DNA of 64,000 nucleotides from Anaerovoracaceae bacterium. GTDB taxonomy: Bacteria; Bacillota; Clostridia; Peptostreptococcales; Anaerovoracaceae. How positions within the stretch are numbered: position 1 is the stretch's first letter; every line of letters begins with the position of its first letter. The stretch is taken from assembly GCA_045113935.1 (NCBI GenBank), contig JBGUJM010000026.1, positions 3,771-67,770 on the forward strand, read 5' to 3'. Below, piece by piece: positions 1 to 8,706 of the stretch. A program made the translations under genes and the position numbers. The notes below the pieces were generated by a model, which ran no database searches, was not told the origin of the DNA, and saw only the letters and a list, made by a program, of their open reading frames with translations.

Positions 1-1
1 A

Positions 2-2689
2 GGTTGCGGAATGACAGGTCTGTATATCTATGGCGCGGGACGCCTGAACAGCTCTCCGGAAATAATAGTTAAAGAAGGTCAGCTCTGTACAGATAATGGT
101 GCGACGATAATCTCCGCGCTTGTTGACAAGTATGATCCTGCTCAGGATAAATGGGAATCCGTGATGACGGAAACTGCAGAGGGTTCCGGTGTGAGCAGAT
201 TCGCGATCCCGGAGGGAGTACGTAAGATCGGACCTGAAGCATTCAGTGCCAAGACCATTGATAATCTCCTGATTCCGGCAAGCGTCGAAGAAATAGATGA
301 TAAGGCGTTTTTCGGTGCTTATGTAAGATCTGTCACTCTTGACAGCGGGAACAGCAGTTTTACAGTCATAGAGGGTCAGCTGCTGGAGAAGAATGGATCC
401 GGTAACAATGAAGCTGCATCCGGAGAGGATCTCAGCGAAAATGCAGGCGGATCCGAAGCAACCGGAACGGAGTCCGCAGAATCCCAGACAGGCACGGGCA
501 CGGACAATACCGGAGATACATCAGCAGGAGAGATATCAGATACTTCCGGCAGCGGTGACAGTGGACCGGACGAAAGCAGCAGTGACGGCGGGTCGGACGA
601 AACAGGCAGCGAAAATGCCGGCGGATCTGAAGCAGCCGGCACGGAGCCTGCAGAATCTCAGACAGGCGCGGGTACAGATGATATCGGAGATACTTCAGAA
701 GATGAGACATCAGATGCTTCCGGCAGCGGTGACAGTGGACCGGATGAAAGCATTGGTGATAGCGCAGCAGGCGAAAGCAGCGACGGGACCGGAAGCGATA
801 CCGAAACAGCAGCGACGGAAACGGTGGACTCGCAGGATAACACCGGTTCCGGTAATTCCGGTGATGAACCGGAAGGTCAGAATGATGATACTCGCGGCAT
901 CAATGAAAATGAATCCGGAGATAAGTACAGGCTCATCTGTTTTTTCCCTTTCAAGCTGGAAAACGGCGCTAAAGTCAGAATAACAAGGAAGGGACCTCCT
1001 TCAGATAATCTGATGGGGATAACGAAGTGGATATATGATTTTCCGGATTATATCAATGATATAGCTCCTTATGCATTTTGCGGATCCTATGTGGATGTCA
1101 TAATATCTGAGTCCACTTCACTCACGGGCTTCGGTGAATACTCTTTCGCTAACAGCGGCATAGCAGATCCGCGGAACCCGGATGACCCGATAATCGAAAT
1201 GCTGGGTATGGGAGTGATAACGATTCCGGAAAGCATCATCAATTCTTCCGGCTTTACGATTGCCGACACAGCTTTCGAGGATGCTTATTACGCCTCGTAT
1301 GACTTTGATGATGAAGAACCTCCGGAAGATCTGCCGGAATACAGGCCTGAAACACCGGAAGACCTGGATTTCAACGACAGATTTTCCCGCATCCGCGATG
1401 ACAGACGTGATGATGAGAGCGGAACACTGCCATCCGGAGGAGAGGAGGAACCTGCGGATCCGGTCGTTCAACCGCAGTCTACCGCCGGCAGCAGGAGTCT
1501 GTATTCAGACGAAGCCTACAAGAACTTCAAGGAGATTCCTAACAGTAAATTCATGGACTGGGTCGGTGAGTATCTTGCCTATAACAAAAGCGTAAACGGG
1601 ATCGAATTGAAGCAGGATCTGATGCCGTACACCATGATATATAAAGGCGAATCTCATTATCGCAGCATGGTATGCGTACTCAATGGCGATCAGTATAAGA
1701 GAGAATACTCCATCAAGAATGTAGGTGATGATTTTGAGGCAATGTACCTCATGATGGATCACGGGCTTGAGGCAGAGATCCATCGTGGCGAGGTGCAGGA
1801 TGATATTATCCTGTACAGCGGCATAACAGTTGAGAGGATGGCAGACATAGCCGGAGTATCCGACAAAACACAGAAGCCTACAGAAGAGCAGCTGATCGAT
1901 GCGATCGGCAGGGAGTTTACAGATCCCGCGTTCATGAGCACTACTACCAACCCGGCTACGGCATTCTCATTCTCCAGCTACTCGCAGACGATGGTTATCA
2001 TCTATGCGTCCAAGGAGAGCCTGAGCCAGCTCGGCGCTGTAAATATAGATGCTTTTGCGGGATGGGGAGCAGGAGAATATGAGATACTGTTCAATCTCGG
2101 TGCCCGGTTCAAAGTAATTGACGTAGGCAAACTGTATATAGACGGCTTGGACGAGGAAGGGCGGACTTACATACGTCTGCAGCTGATGGAAGATGAAGAA
2201 ACCTATAAGATCACCTATGATCTGAACGGCGGAAGCTATAACGGCAGCACTGATAATATCGTGGAAGAGCATAAACCAGGTGAGACGATCTCTGTCCATG
2301 AAGCGCCGGTAAGAGAGGGCTATACATTCAGTTACTGGAAAGGTTCTGAATATCAGCCGGGGGATAAATATACGGTAACTGAGGATCATACATTTACTGC
2401 CGTCTGGACAGCTGATGAGGAAGAGATAAAGCCTTCAGATGAAAATGACGGGAATGCTGCGGACGGCACCGGCAATGAGCCGGAACAGGCCGGAGGCAGG
2501 ACGGATAATACGCCTGAACAGGGTGGCGGAAACACCAATAGCGGAAACACCAATAGTGAATCAGAACAAAGTGACAGCAGCAGACCTGTCAGAACAGGCG
2601 ACGACACCAATTTTGCAGGATGGCTTATCCTGATGCTTCTGTCGGCTGCCGGAGCAGGCGGCATAGCATACAGCAGAAGACGCAGATAA
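2..2689 (+). CDS. Cell-wall-anchored surface protein, 5'-partial at the window edge. Contains BspA-type LRR segments, an acidic tandem repeat, an ADP-ribosyltransferase-like domain, an Flg_new repeat and a PxxTG sorting signal.
   Basis: The frame is open from nt 2 to the ATG at 11 and there is no signal peptide, so the N-terminus probably lies upstream. 'FAIPEGVRKIGPEAFSA..LLIPASVEEIDDKAFFG' is BspA/LRR_5-like. 'ILYSG'(S603)...'FMSTT'(S643)...'GEYEILF'(E689/E691) has R-STS-ExE-like spacing. 'YKITYDLNGGSYNG..YTFSYWKG..FTAVWT' is a Listeria-Bacteroides repeat. The C-terminal 'PVRTGD', hydrophobic helix and 'RRRR' form a sortase-type anchor. Confidence 0.8.
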   Translation, partial: GCGMTGLYIYGAGRLNSSPEIIVKEGQLCTDNGATIISALVDKYDPAQDKWESVMTETAEGSGVSRFAIPEGVRKIGPEAFSAKTIDNLLIPASVEEIDDKAFFGAYVRSVTLDSGNSSFTVIEGQLLEKNGSGNNEAASGEDLSENAGGSEATGTESAESQTGTGTDNTGDTSAGEISDTSGSGDSGPDESSSDGGSDETGSENAGGSEAAGTEPAESQTGAGTDDIGDTSEDETSDASGSGDSGPDESIGDSAAGESSDGTGSDTETAATETVDSQDNTGSGNSGDEPEGQNDDTRGINENESGDKYRLICFFPFKLENGAKVRITRKGPPSDNLMGITKWIYDFPDYINDIAPYAFCGSYVDVIISESTSLTGFGEYSFANSGIADPRNPDDPIIEMLGMGVITIPESIINSSGFTIADTAFEDAYYASYDFDDEEPPEDLPEYRPETPEDLDFNDRFSRIRDDRRDDESGTLPSGGEEEPADPVVQPQSTAGSRSLYSDEAYKNFKEIPNSKFMDWVGEYLAYNKSVNGIELKQDLMPYTMIYKGESHYRSMVCVLNGDQYKREYSIKNVGDDFEAMYLMMDHGLEAEIHRGEVQDDIILYSGITVERMADIAGVSDKTQKPTEEQLIDAIGREFTDPAFMSTTTNPATAFSFSSYSQTMVIIYASKESLSQLGAVNIDAFAGWGAGEYEILFNLGARFKVIDVGKLYIDGLDEEGRTYIRLQLMEDEETYKITYDLNGGSYNGSTDNIVEEHKPGETISVHEAPVREGYTFSYWKGSEYQPGDKYTVTEDHTFTAVWTADEEEIKPSDENDGNAADGTGNEPEQAGGRTDNTPEQGGGNTNSGNTNSESEQSDSSRPVRTGDDTNFAGWLILMLLSAAGAGGIAYSRRRR
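434..790 (+). repeat. In-frame tandem duplication, 2 x ~174 nt (58 aa), encoding an acidic Ser/Gly/Asp/Glu/Thr-rich linker
   Basis: 'agcgaaaatgc(a/c)ggcggatc' recurs at 434 and 608. The block 'ttccggcagcggtgacagtggaccgga' is identical in both copies. The protein units are SENAGGSEA(T/A)GTE(S/P)AESQTG..GSGDSGPDES. Confidence 0.85.
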
Positions 2690-2702
2690 GACATAATCAA
2701 AT

Positions 2703-2740
2703 ACGCCCGGCACGGATATGCCGGGCGTGATTTTATTTGT
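2703..2740. terminator. Rho-independent terminator between convergent genes
   Basis: Perfect 10-bp stem acgcccggca / tgccgggcgt (2703-2712 / 2719-2728) with a 6-nt loop, followed by gattttatttg. Confidence 0.8.
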
Positions 2741-2754
2741 AACAGGACTCATTG

Positions 2755-4245
2755 CTACAGATACCTCTCAAGAGTTTCCAGTATTTCTTTGCGTGCGGAT
2801 TCAAGGCCGTCAAGGGCCTCTTCTTTTTTGCTCTTAAACAGTTCTTCAGCATCATTTTTGATGCTGCGGAACTCCTGGCGGGTCTCATAACCGGCTGTGA
2901 TAGCATCGGTAAGTGCTTTGTTGCGTATGGATCTGAGAGACATATCGATATCATCTCTGAGACTGCGGGCGCTTCTGATCAGATCGCGTCTTGCGGCATC
3001 CATCTCACCGAGAGTCTCCATCAGCTCTCCATGAGCTCTGAAGAAGTCATAGTCATAAGGCAGTCTTTTACTGTAATAACCGCTCTTGTATCTGTCGATA
3101 ACGACTTCATACCGGCTGAAGGCATTCGCTACAGCATCCTCCCAGGAAATGTAGATCTCCTGACCGGCTGTCTCGCCGACACGTTTTACCTGATCCGGGC
3201 GGGTCAGGAGGCTGGTCAGCATAGATGCGAGAGATTCTGCGTTTTCATCAATAAGAAAACCGTTCCTGCCGTTAGTGACTCCTTCAGCTGCGCAACTGTC
3301 TTTGATTATGACAGAAGCCGTATTGCTGGCCGCTGCTTCTCTGACCACGAGACCGTTGGTGTCAAATGTAGAAGGGAAGAGGAACAGATCCGCGCGTGTG
3401 TACCAGGCGCGGAGCTTTTTTCTGTCGGAAAGGAGACCGATGAAAAAGACCTTGTCGCCGAGGCCCAGCTCTGCCGCATATGCACGCACTTCCTGCTCAT
3501 CTCCGCCGCCTCCGATAAAGGCCATGCGGAAATCACGGCCGTTTTGCTTCATATGAGCGAGGGCGTCAAGGATGATGCGGAGCCCCTTGTACCACATGAG
3601 CCTGCCGATAAAAAGATAACAAGGGATACCATGCGGCAGATCAAAACCTGATGTTGCTTCGCGGACTTCATCCTCACGGGAAATCTCATGTGGCAGATCT
3701 ACTCCATTAGGCATCACTATATATTCGCCCTCATAGCCGAGCGACCTGAGGTTTTCTCCGGCACCATTGCTTACCGTCCATACTTCATCGCAGGCATTGA
3801 CGTTATTAAGCAGAGCCTGGATCGCAGTCTCCTGCAGAGCCTTGCTCCTGACAGCATTTGCGATATCTATGTCATACTTGGTGTGCCATGTCAGGATCAG
3901 AGGCAGCTGCATGGACTCAGCCAGCTGCCGCGCAAGCAGGCATGATGTGGCAGGGCAGTGGGTATGAAGCAGTTCAACATGTTCTTCTTTGACACGATAG
4001 GCGGCTTCAGGTGAAAAGGGATATCCCGTGACATAGCCCATCAGCTTGCGTGTATCTATGCTCGGATATCTGATAACAGGGAAACTGTAAATGCTGTCAT
4101 CAGCCCCGGGCACTTCCGGAGTCACGACGATGGACCGCCCGTGGTCAGTATCAATGATCCGACCGTAATTGACGACTGCATTCGAGACCCCGTCTATGAT
4201 CGGGGGAAAAGAGTCGTTGAGCAGACAAATAGTATGATTACTCAT
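2755..4245 (-). CDS. GT4-family (GT-B) glycosyltransferase, diacylglycerol glucosyltransferase-like, with a charged C-terminal extension
   Basis: 496-aa ORF. The N-terminus is 'ICLLNDSFPPIIDGVSNAV'. 'FLFPSTFDTNGLVVREAAA' is an EX7E-type motif of retaining GT4 enzymes. The last ~110 aa are rich in R/E/D/L and look coiled-coil-like. Confidence 0.75.
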   Translation of the reverse strand: MSNHTICLLNDSFPPIIDGVSNAVVNYGRIIDTDHGRSIVVTPEVPGADDSIYSFPVIRYPSIDTRKLMGYVTGYPFSPEAAYRVKEEHVELLHTHCPATSCLLARQLAESMQLPLILTWHTKYDIDIANAVRSKALQETAIQALLNNVNACDEVWTVSNGAGENLRSLGYEGEYIVMPNGVDLPHEISREDEVREATSGFDLPHGIPCYLFIGRLMWYKGLRIILDALAHMKQNGRDFRMAFIGGGGDEQEVRAYAAELGLGDKVFFIGLLSDRKKLRAWYTRADLFLFPSTFDTNGLVVREAAASNTASVIIKDSCAAEGVTNGRNGFLIDENAESLASMLTSLLTRPDQVKRVGETAGQEIYISWEDAVANAFSRYEVVIDRYKSGYYSKRLPYDYDFFRAHGELMETLGEMDAARRDLIRSARSLRDDIDMSLRSIRNKALTDAITAGYETRQEFRSIKNDAEELFKSKKEEALDGLESARKEILETLERYL

Positions 4246-4272
4246 GGCTGGCAGACACCTTTTTGCGTATTG

Positions 4273-7152
4273 CTATAACAACTTGATATCGTGTTTCTTA
4301 AATACTTTAAGTACTTCACGATTGACCATGCGGGAAACACTGTTGTAATCATTCTGGTCGCATTCTGTGAGGATGAGGATAGTAGTCTTGTCTCCGTTGA
4401 TAGACTCAATGCCTCTGTACTCAGGTCCGCTGATGATCTTGGATGAGTTCTTGCCGATGGCAGGAAGTTCGTCACGCAGTATGTCTTCCACTTCATCAAG
4501 AGGTATTGACGTAGGGATCGTGAGGGTGAGACCATACCAGGAATTCAATCTTGAGTAGTTGGTCACATCACCAATACTGCTGTTACGGAATGTCCTCACA
4601 TTTTTGCCTCGTCCGACTACGGTGGTGCTTCTCATGCCGAGCCGCGATACTTCGCCGCGAAATCCGCCGATCTCAACGACATCACCAACCTGATAGGTTC
4701 CATCGGTAAGTGTTGTGAAGCCGGCGAGAATATCCGCTATGAAGCCTTGCGCGCCAAGCGTGAGAGCAAGACCTGCAAGGCTGACAGACGTCAGAATCGC
4801 TCTGGTATTGACTCCGAGGAATCCAAGGGCGATGAATACGAAGATAATCAAAGCCGTGTAATGCAGTGTGTTCGTTATCAGGAGACAGATCGTCTGAGTC
4901 CGCTCACTCATGAGACCTGCAAACAACATAGACAGGAACCTCAGCAAAGCAAGAATGGCAATCAGCGCGCAGAATGTGTAAATCACTGCAGCGATTGCAA
5001 ATGAATTTAAGCCATACTCCCATTTGCGCTGCGCGATGAATGCGATCACAGTGTCATTTTTGCTGCCGAGAGCCCTTGTTTTAAACAATGAAACAGTAAT
5101 AAAAACCATACCTGCAAACAGCATCACCTGTATTGTAGTCAGCGCCTTCCGGGCAGGGGAAGAATTTTTGGCGAATATACTGAAAATATCCCACCATGCG
5201 CTTTCCGGATTCTTTTTGTCTGAAGAATTATCTTCAGATGCTTCAACCACGGACAGTTCATCGAATACTTTTTGGTTAAAACCATTGAGCAGTATCATCG
5301 CAAGAAGGATGGTAAGTATCAGGAAGACTATCGTGGATATATAAGCAAATGTCCAGGTATCATCATGCAGTGAGGCTTTGTCTGTTGCGAAATAATAGAT
5401 CAGTTCATCATTCCGGTACTGGGAAGATACACCGTAGTACTCTGTCCCGTCAACATACATAGATCCCATGAATGTGCTTGTAAGAGGGATACCGGACATA
5501 CCAACCTCTTTCATGTTCATACCGGCAAGGGAATTATCGCTGGTTACAACAATATCGCCTGTATCCGGATCGATGCCCAGACAAAGCTCGTTATCACTTG
5601 TAAGTGAAGCAGCAAGCTCACTTTTGTCACTGAAGCCCTGTATAGTTTTAGTATCAGGGTCGACAGCTATAAGCATTGCGCCATAAGCGTTATCATTGGA
5701 ATTGTACCTCAGAGATATACCGTGAAGATCGCGGACAAGACCTGTGACTTCATCTGTGACTGCATCATGTGAGATATACTTCACGCCTCTGAGAAGACGC
5801 CTGAAATCATAGGTAGCGGAAGATTCATCCGTGCCCATTACCATTCCCCTGTAACGGGCATTCGTAACAGTTTCCTTACCATCCGGATCAAATATCATAA
5901 TGTAATCGGCGCCCATGATGTCAGATGCTTCCTGAAGCCATTCGCGGTTCTGGAGATCTCTGTTTTCATCGATCAGGGCTGCAACTCGCCGAGCATTCGT
6001 TTCATACCATTCATTTACGAGTTCCCGCTGCATGTCGGCTGTTTCGTGATCACTGTCCAGTTTGTCATAATAACTTTCGAGCGATGCAGAGGCTGTGCTG
6101 GTATTCAGATAGAGATTTTCAAGTGATTCATAAAAAGCGGTGCTGCAGCAGATGATCAACGCGCCTATGATGATATACAGCGCGACTTTACGCCTGATAT
6201 TCCGGGGATCATATATTTTGCATTCTTCAGGAGTCAGTTTTCTGTCCCGTATTAGCTGGTATATGGATATGATCCATACAAAAAGCGACATCCATATTAT
6301 AAATGTTATGAACAACTGAGCACCCGACTGTTCGAGAGCACGATGCATGACTGCCCTGAGAGGAATCAGCATGACCGCAAAGTAAGGATATCCGTTCTGA
6401 CTCTTAGGAACAAAGCATTTTCCAAGATAGAAACGATTCTTATAATATACAGTAAGCATCTGCCCGCTTCCCAGATCTTTACTGCCAAGGCCTAACTCCT
6501 TGGAGTTTGAGACTTCCTGGAAAACTCCGGTGCCATTGATTATAAATAGGTCGTTTTCGTCATCGCCTTCGGCATTTATCAGAATATAATCGAAGGGGCT
6601 TGAGCCGGCAAGGGTTTCAAGAGTCGTTTCAAGGTTAAATCCATACTGGATTATGTCCTTCACAGTGTTTCCCTCAATGTACTCCATGTAACAATAATTA
6701 CCGGAGATCGTATCAGCGATCAGCCAGTCGCCTTCTTCATTGAGATAGAGCGATGTTGGAAAATCAGCCTCTAATGCCGCGAGAATATCCTCATCAGAAA
6801 ATTGGATTTCAGGAAATCCCTCCGGTCTTCCTGATCCGTCACCTGTAAGCTGGACAATGTAGCCGGCTCCGAAACGGCCGGGCTGCAGTTCTGCTCCTGA
6901 AGCCCTGATAGCAGAAGCTGAGAGCTTTGCAGGAACTACAAGGGCCTCCTGGAAGTTCTGGTCCGCATCGAAGACTCCTGTTACCATATCTTCATAGATA
7001 TCAGTCAGGGACTGGAGTTTCTGAGAGCTGTCATCAAAATCATCATCCAGCTCGAATGCGGCATAGAGAACCATAATGACCATGAATGCAAGAATACCCG
7101 CAGCCAGCATATATAGAATTGTAATAAAGGACTTTCTTTTTATGTGCTTCAT
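4273..7152 (-). CDS. Large MscS-family mechanosensitive channel protein with a ~650-aa N-terminal extracytoplasmic/sensor region
   Basis: The C-terminal 'LGAQGFIADILAGFTTLTDGTYQVGDVVEIGGFRGEVSRLGMRSTTV' is the MscS TM3/beta-domain signature. I placed the start at the ATG at 7152 (MKHIKRKSF.., signal/TM, GGAGA RBS). The 7314 start would overlap the divergent trmO. Confidence 0.8.
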   Translation of the reverse strand: MKHIKRKSFITILYMLAAGILAFMVIMVLYAAFELDDDFDDSSQKLQSLTDIYEDMVTGVFDADQNFQEALVVPAKLSASAIRASGAELQPGRFGAGYIVQLTGDGSGRPEGFPEIQFSDEDILAALEADFPTSLYLNEEGDWLIADTISGNYCYMEYIEGNTVKDIIQYGFNLETTLETLAGSSPFDYILINAEGDDENDLFIINGTGVFQEVSNSKELGLGSKDLGSGQMLTVYYKNRFYLGKCFVPKSQNGYPYFAVMLIPLRAVMHRALEQSGAQLFITFIIWMSLFVWIISIYQLIRDRKLTPEECKIYDPRNIRRKVALYIIIGALIICCSTAFYESLENLYLNTSTASASLESYYDKLDSDHETADMQRELVNEWYETNARRVAALIDENRDLQNREWLQEASDIMGADYIMIFDPDGKETVTNARYRGMVMGTDESSATYDFRRLLRGVKYISHDAVTDEVTGLVRDLHGISLRYNSNDNAYGAMLIAVDPDTKTIQGFSDKSELAASLTSDNELCLGIDPDTGDIVVTSDNSLAGMNMKEVGMSGIPLTSTFMGSMYVDGTEYYGVSSQYRNDELIYYFATDKASLHDDTWTFAYISTIVFLILTILLAMILLNGFNQKVFDELSVVEASEDNSSDKKNPESAWWDIFSIFAKNSSPARKALTTIQVMLFAGMVFITVSLFKTRALGSKNDTVIAFIAQRKWEYGLNSFAIAAVIYTFCALIAILALLRFLSMLFAGLMSERTQTICLLITNTLHYTALIIFVFIALGFLGVNTRAILTSVSLAGLALTLGAQGFIADILAGFTTLTDGTYQVGDVVEIGGFRGEVSRLGMRSTTVVGRGKNVRTFRNSSIGDVTNYSRLNSWYGLTLTIPTSIPLDEVEDILRDELPAIGKNSSKIISGPEYRGIESINGDKTTILILTECDQNDYNSVSRMVNREVLKVFKKHDIKLL

Positions 7153-7312
7153 AATTGATGATCTCCTGCATTTCAGCAGTTTTGACAAGTTAATAAAGCA
7201 TCTAATTATACATAGTAATAATACTTCACGATTCTGATATTGGCAATTTTTCTTATCATAGTTTAATATTAAGGAAGTGAAAGCCGGGACAGTTCCCGGT
7301 GCCCGGGGAGAC

Positions 7313-8059
7313 ATGGACAGATATTCTATAAGACCGGTCGCCTACGTGCGCTCGGACTATAATGAAAAATTCGGTATACCCAAGCAGAGCGGCCTTGTCA
7401 GAGAACTTGAGCAGGCTGTTGTTTTCGAGCCTGAATTCCGCAATATGGACTGTCTGAGAGAGATCGAAGCTTTCGAGTATCTGTGGATGATATGGGGATT
7501 CAGCAAGAGCCGACGCGATGCCCTGACGGGAGATCCTGTATGGGCACCGACAGTCAGACCGCCCAGACTCGGAGGAAACAGACGCGTCGGGGTGTGGGCA
7601 TCGAGATCACCTTACAGACCCAATTCTCTCGGGCTTTCAAGTGTCCGGCTGCTCAGGGTAGAACTTGACGGCAGAGAGGTCAGCAGTGAGGATCTGTCCG
7701 GTCCGGTCAGCGGGGAACTGGCACTCATAATATCCGGAGGGGATATGATGAATGGAACTCCGGTATACGATATCAAGCCGTATCTTCCGTATTCGGATAT
7801 ACACCCGGATGCAGGTGACGGTTATTCAAGAGGCAAGTCAGATCCGCATCTTGAAGTCGTTTTTCCGGATGAACTCCTGCAGAGTATAACTGAGGAGAAG
7901 CGACAGGGCCTCATCCGCCTTCTCAGCCTGGACCCGAGAGATGCTTATGAGAAAAAGGAAGGTCATACCTACGGGCTGTCATTCGCTCAGTGGGATGTAA
8001 GATTTACAGTAGAAGGGAATATTCTGACAGTAACGGACGTATTATGGATAAATGTGTGA
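7313..8059 (+). CDS. trmO: tRNA (N6-threonylcarbamoyladenosine37-N6)-methyltransferase TrmO (TsaA/YaeB family)
   Basis: 'IRPVAYVRSDYNEKFGIPKQSGLV' and 'ASRSPYRPNSLGLSSVRL' are typical of the TsaA-like domain. The ATG at 7313 is preceded by GGGGAG. Confidence 0.75.
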   Translation: MDRYSIRPVAYVRSDYNEKFGIPKQSGLVRELEQAVVFEPEFRNMDCLREIEAFEYLWMIWGFSKSRRDALTGDPVWAPTVRPPRLGGNRRVGVWASRSPYRPNSLGLSSVRLLRVELDGREVSSEDLSGPVSGELALIISGGDMMNGTPVYDIKPYLPYSDIHPDAGDGYSRGKSDPHLEVVFPDELLQSITEEKRQGLIRLLSLDPRDAYEKKEGHTYGLSFAQWDVRFTVEGNILTVTDVLWINV

Positions 8060-8706
8060 TAATCGGCGGCGCGGATATAGGTAATTATGAACATGCCCGA
8101 AGCTTTATTAATGATGATGACTATGTCATATACTGTGATTGCGGCCTGAAGCATATGGTACCGCTCGGAAAGAAGCCTTCTCTTATAATTGGTGATTTCG
8201 ATTCACACAGTGAGCCCGGACTGGATGTAGAGACTATCGTGCTTCCCGTTGCCAAAGATGATACGGACACAATGTACGCAGTCAGGACGGGAATAGAAAG
8301 AGGGTTCCGTGATTTTGTATTGCTGGGAGTCATCGGCGGCAGGACAGATCACACGCTTGTCAATATATACGCGCTCTTCTATCTCGATACACATGGATGC
8401 AAGGCTATTGCGGCAGATGATTATTCTGAAATGGAAGTCATTTCCTCCCGGCGCGGATCTGCAGACGGAGTGCAGACTTGCGTACCGGGGACCGCGTATG
8501 TAACAGAAGAGTATCCGTTTTTCTCGCTCGTCAGCATGACCGGAACAGCCCGGGGAGTCACGATCAGAGGAGCAAAATTCTGTATTGAAGACGCAGAGAT
8601 CACAAGTGAGTACCAGTATGCGACGAGTAATGAGGTTTTACCGGGACACAAGGCAGAAATATCGGTCAGAGACGGCCGGCTGCTTCTGATCAGGGACATA
8701 AAATGA
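8044..8706 (+). CDS. thiN: Thiamine diphosphokinase
   Basis: 'CVIIGGADIG', 'IIGDFDS', 'KDDTDTMYAV' and 'GVIGGRTDHTL' are TPK catalytic-domain motifs. The ATG at 8044 overlaps the trmO end by 16 nt. Confidence 0.8.
   Translation: MDKCVIIGGADIGNYEHARSFINDDDYVIYCDCGLKHMVPLGKKPSLIIGDFDSHSEPGLDVETIVLPVAKDDTDTMYAVRTGIERGFRDFVLLGVIGGRTDHTLVNIYALFYLDTHGCKAIAADDYSEMEVISSRRGSADGVQTCVPGTAYVTEEYPFFSLVSMTGTARGVTIRGAKFCIEDAEITSEYQYATSNEVLPGHKAEISVRDGRLLLIRDIK

Noticed and set aside
2752-3651. 299-aa plus-strand ORF
   Set aside because: It is entirely antisense to the GT4 glycosyltransferase, which has clear family motifs. It has no motifs of its own and an odd composition, so it is a shadow ORF.
7153-7314. 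N-terminal 54-aa extension of the MscS ORF (start at 7314)
   Set aside because: It would run through the promoter region and overlap the divergent trmO start. The internal ATG at 7152 has a GGAGA RBS and begins a typical signal/TM sequence.
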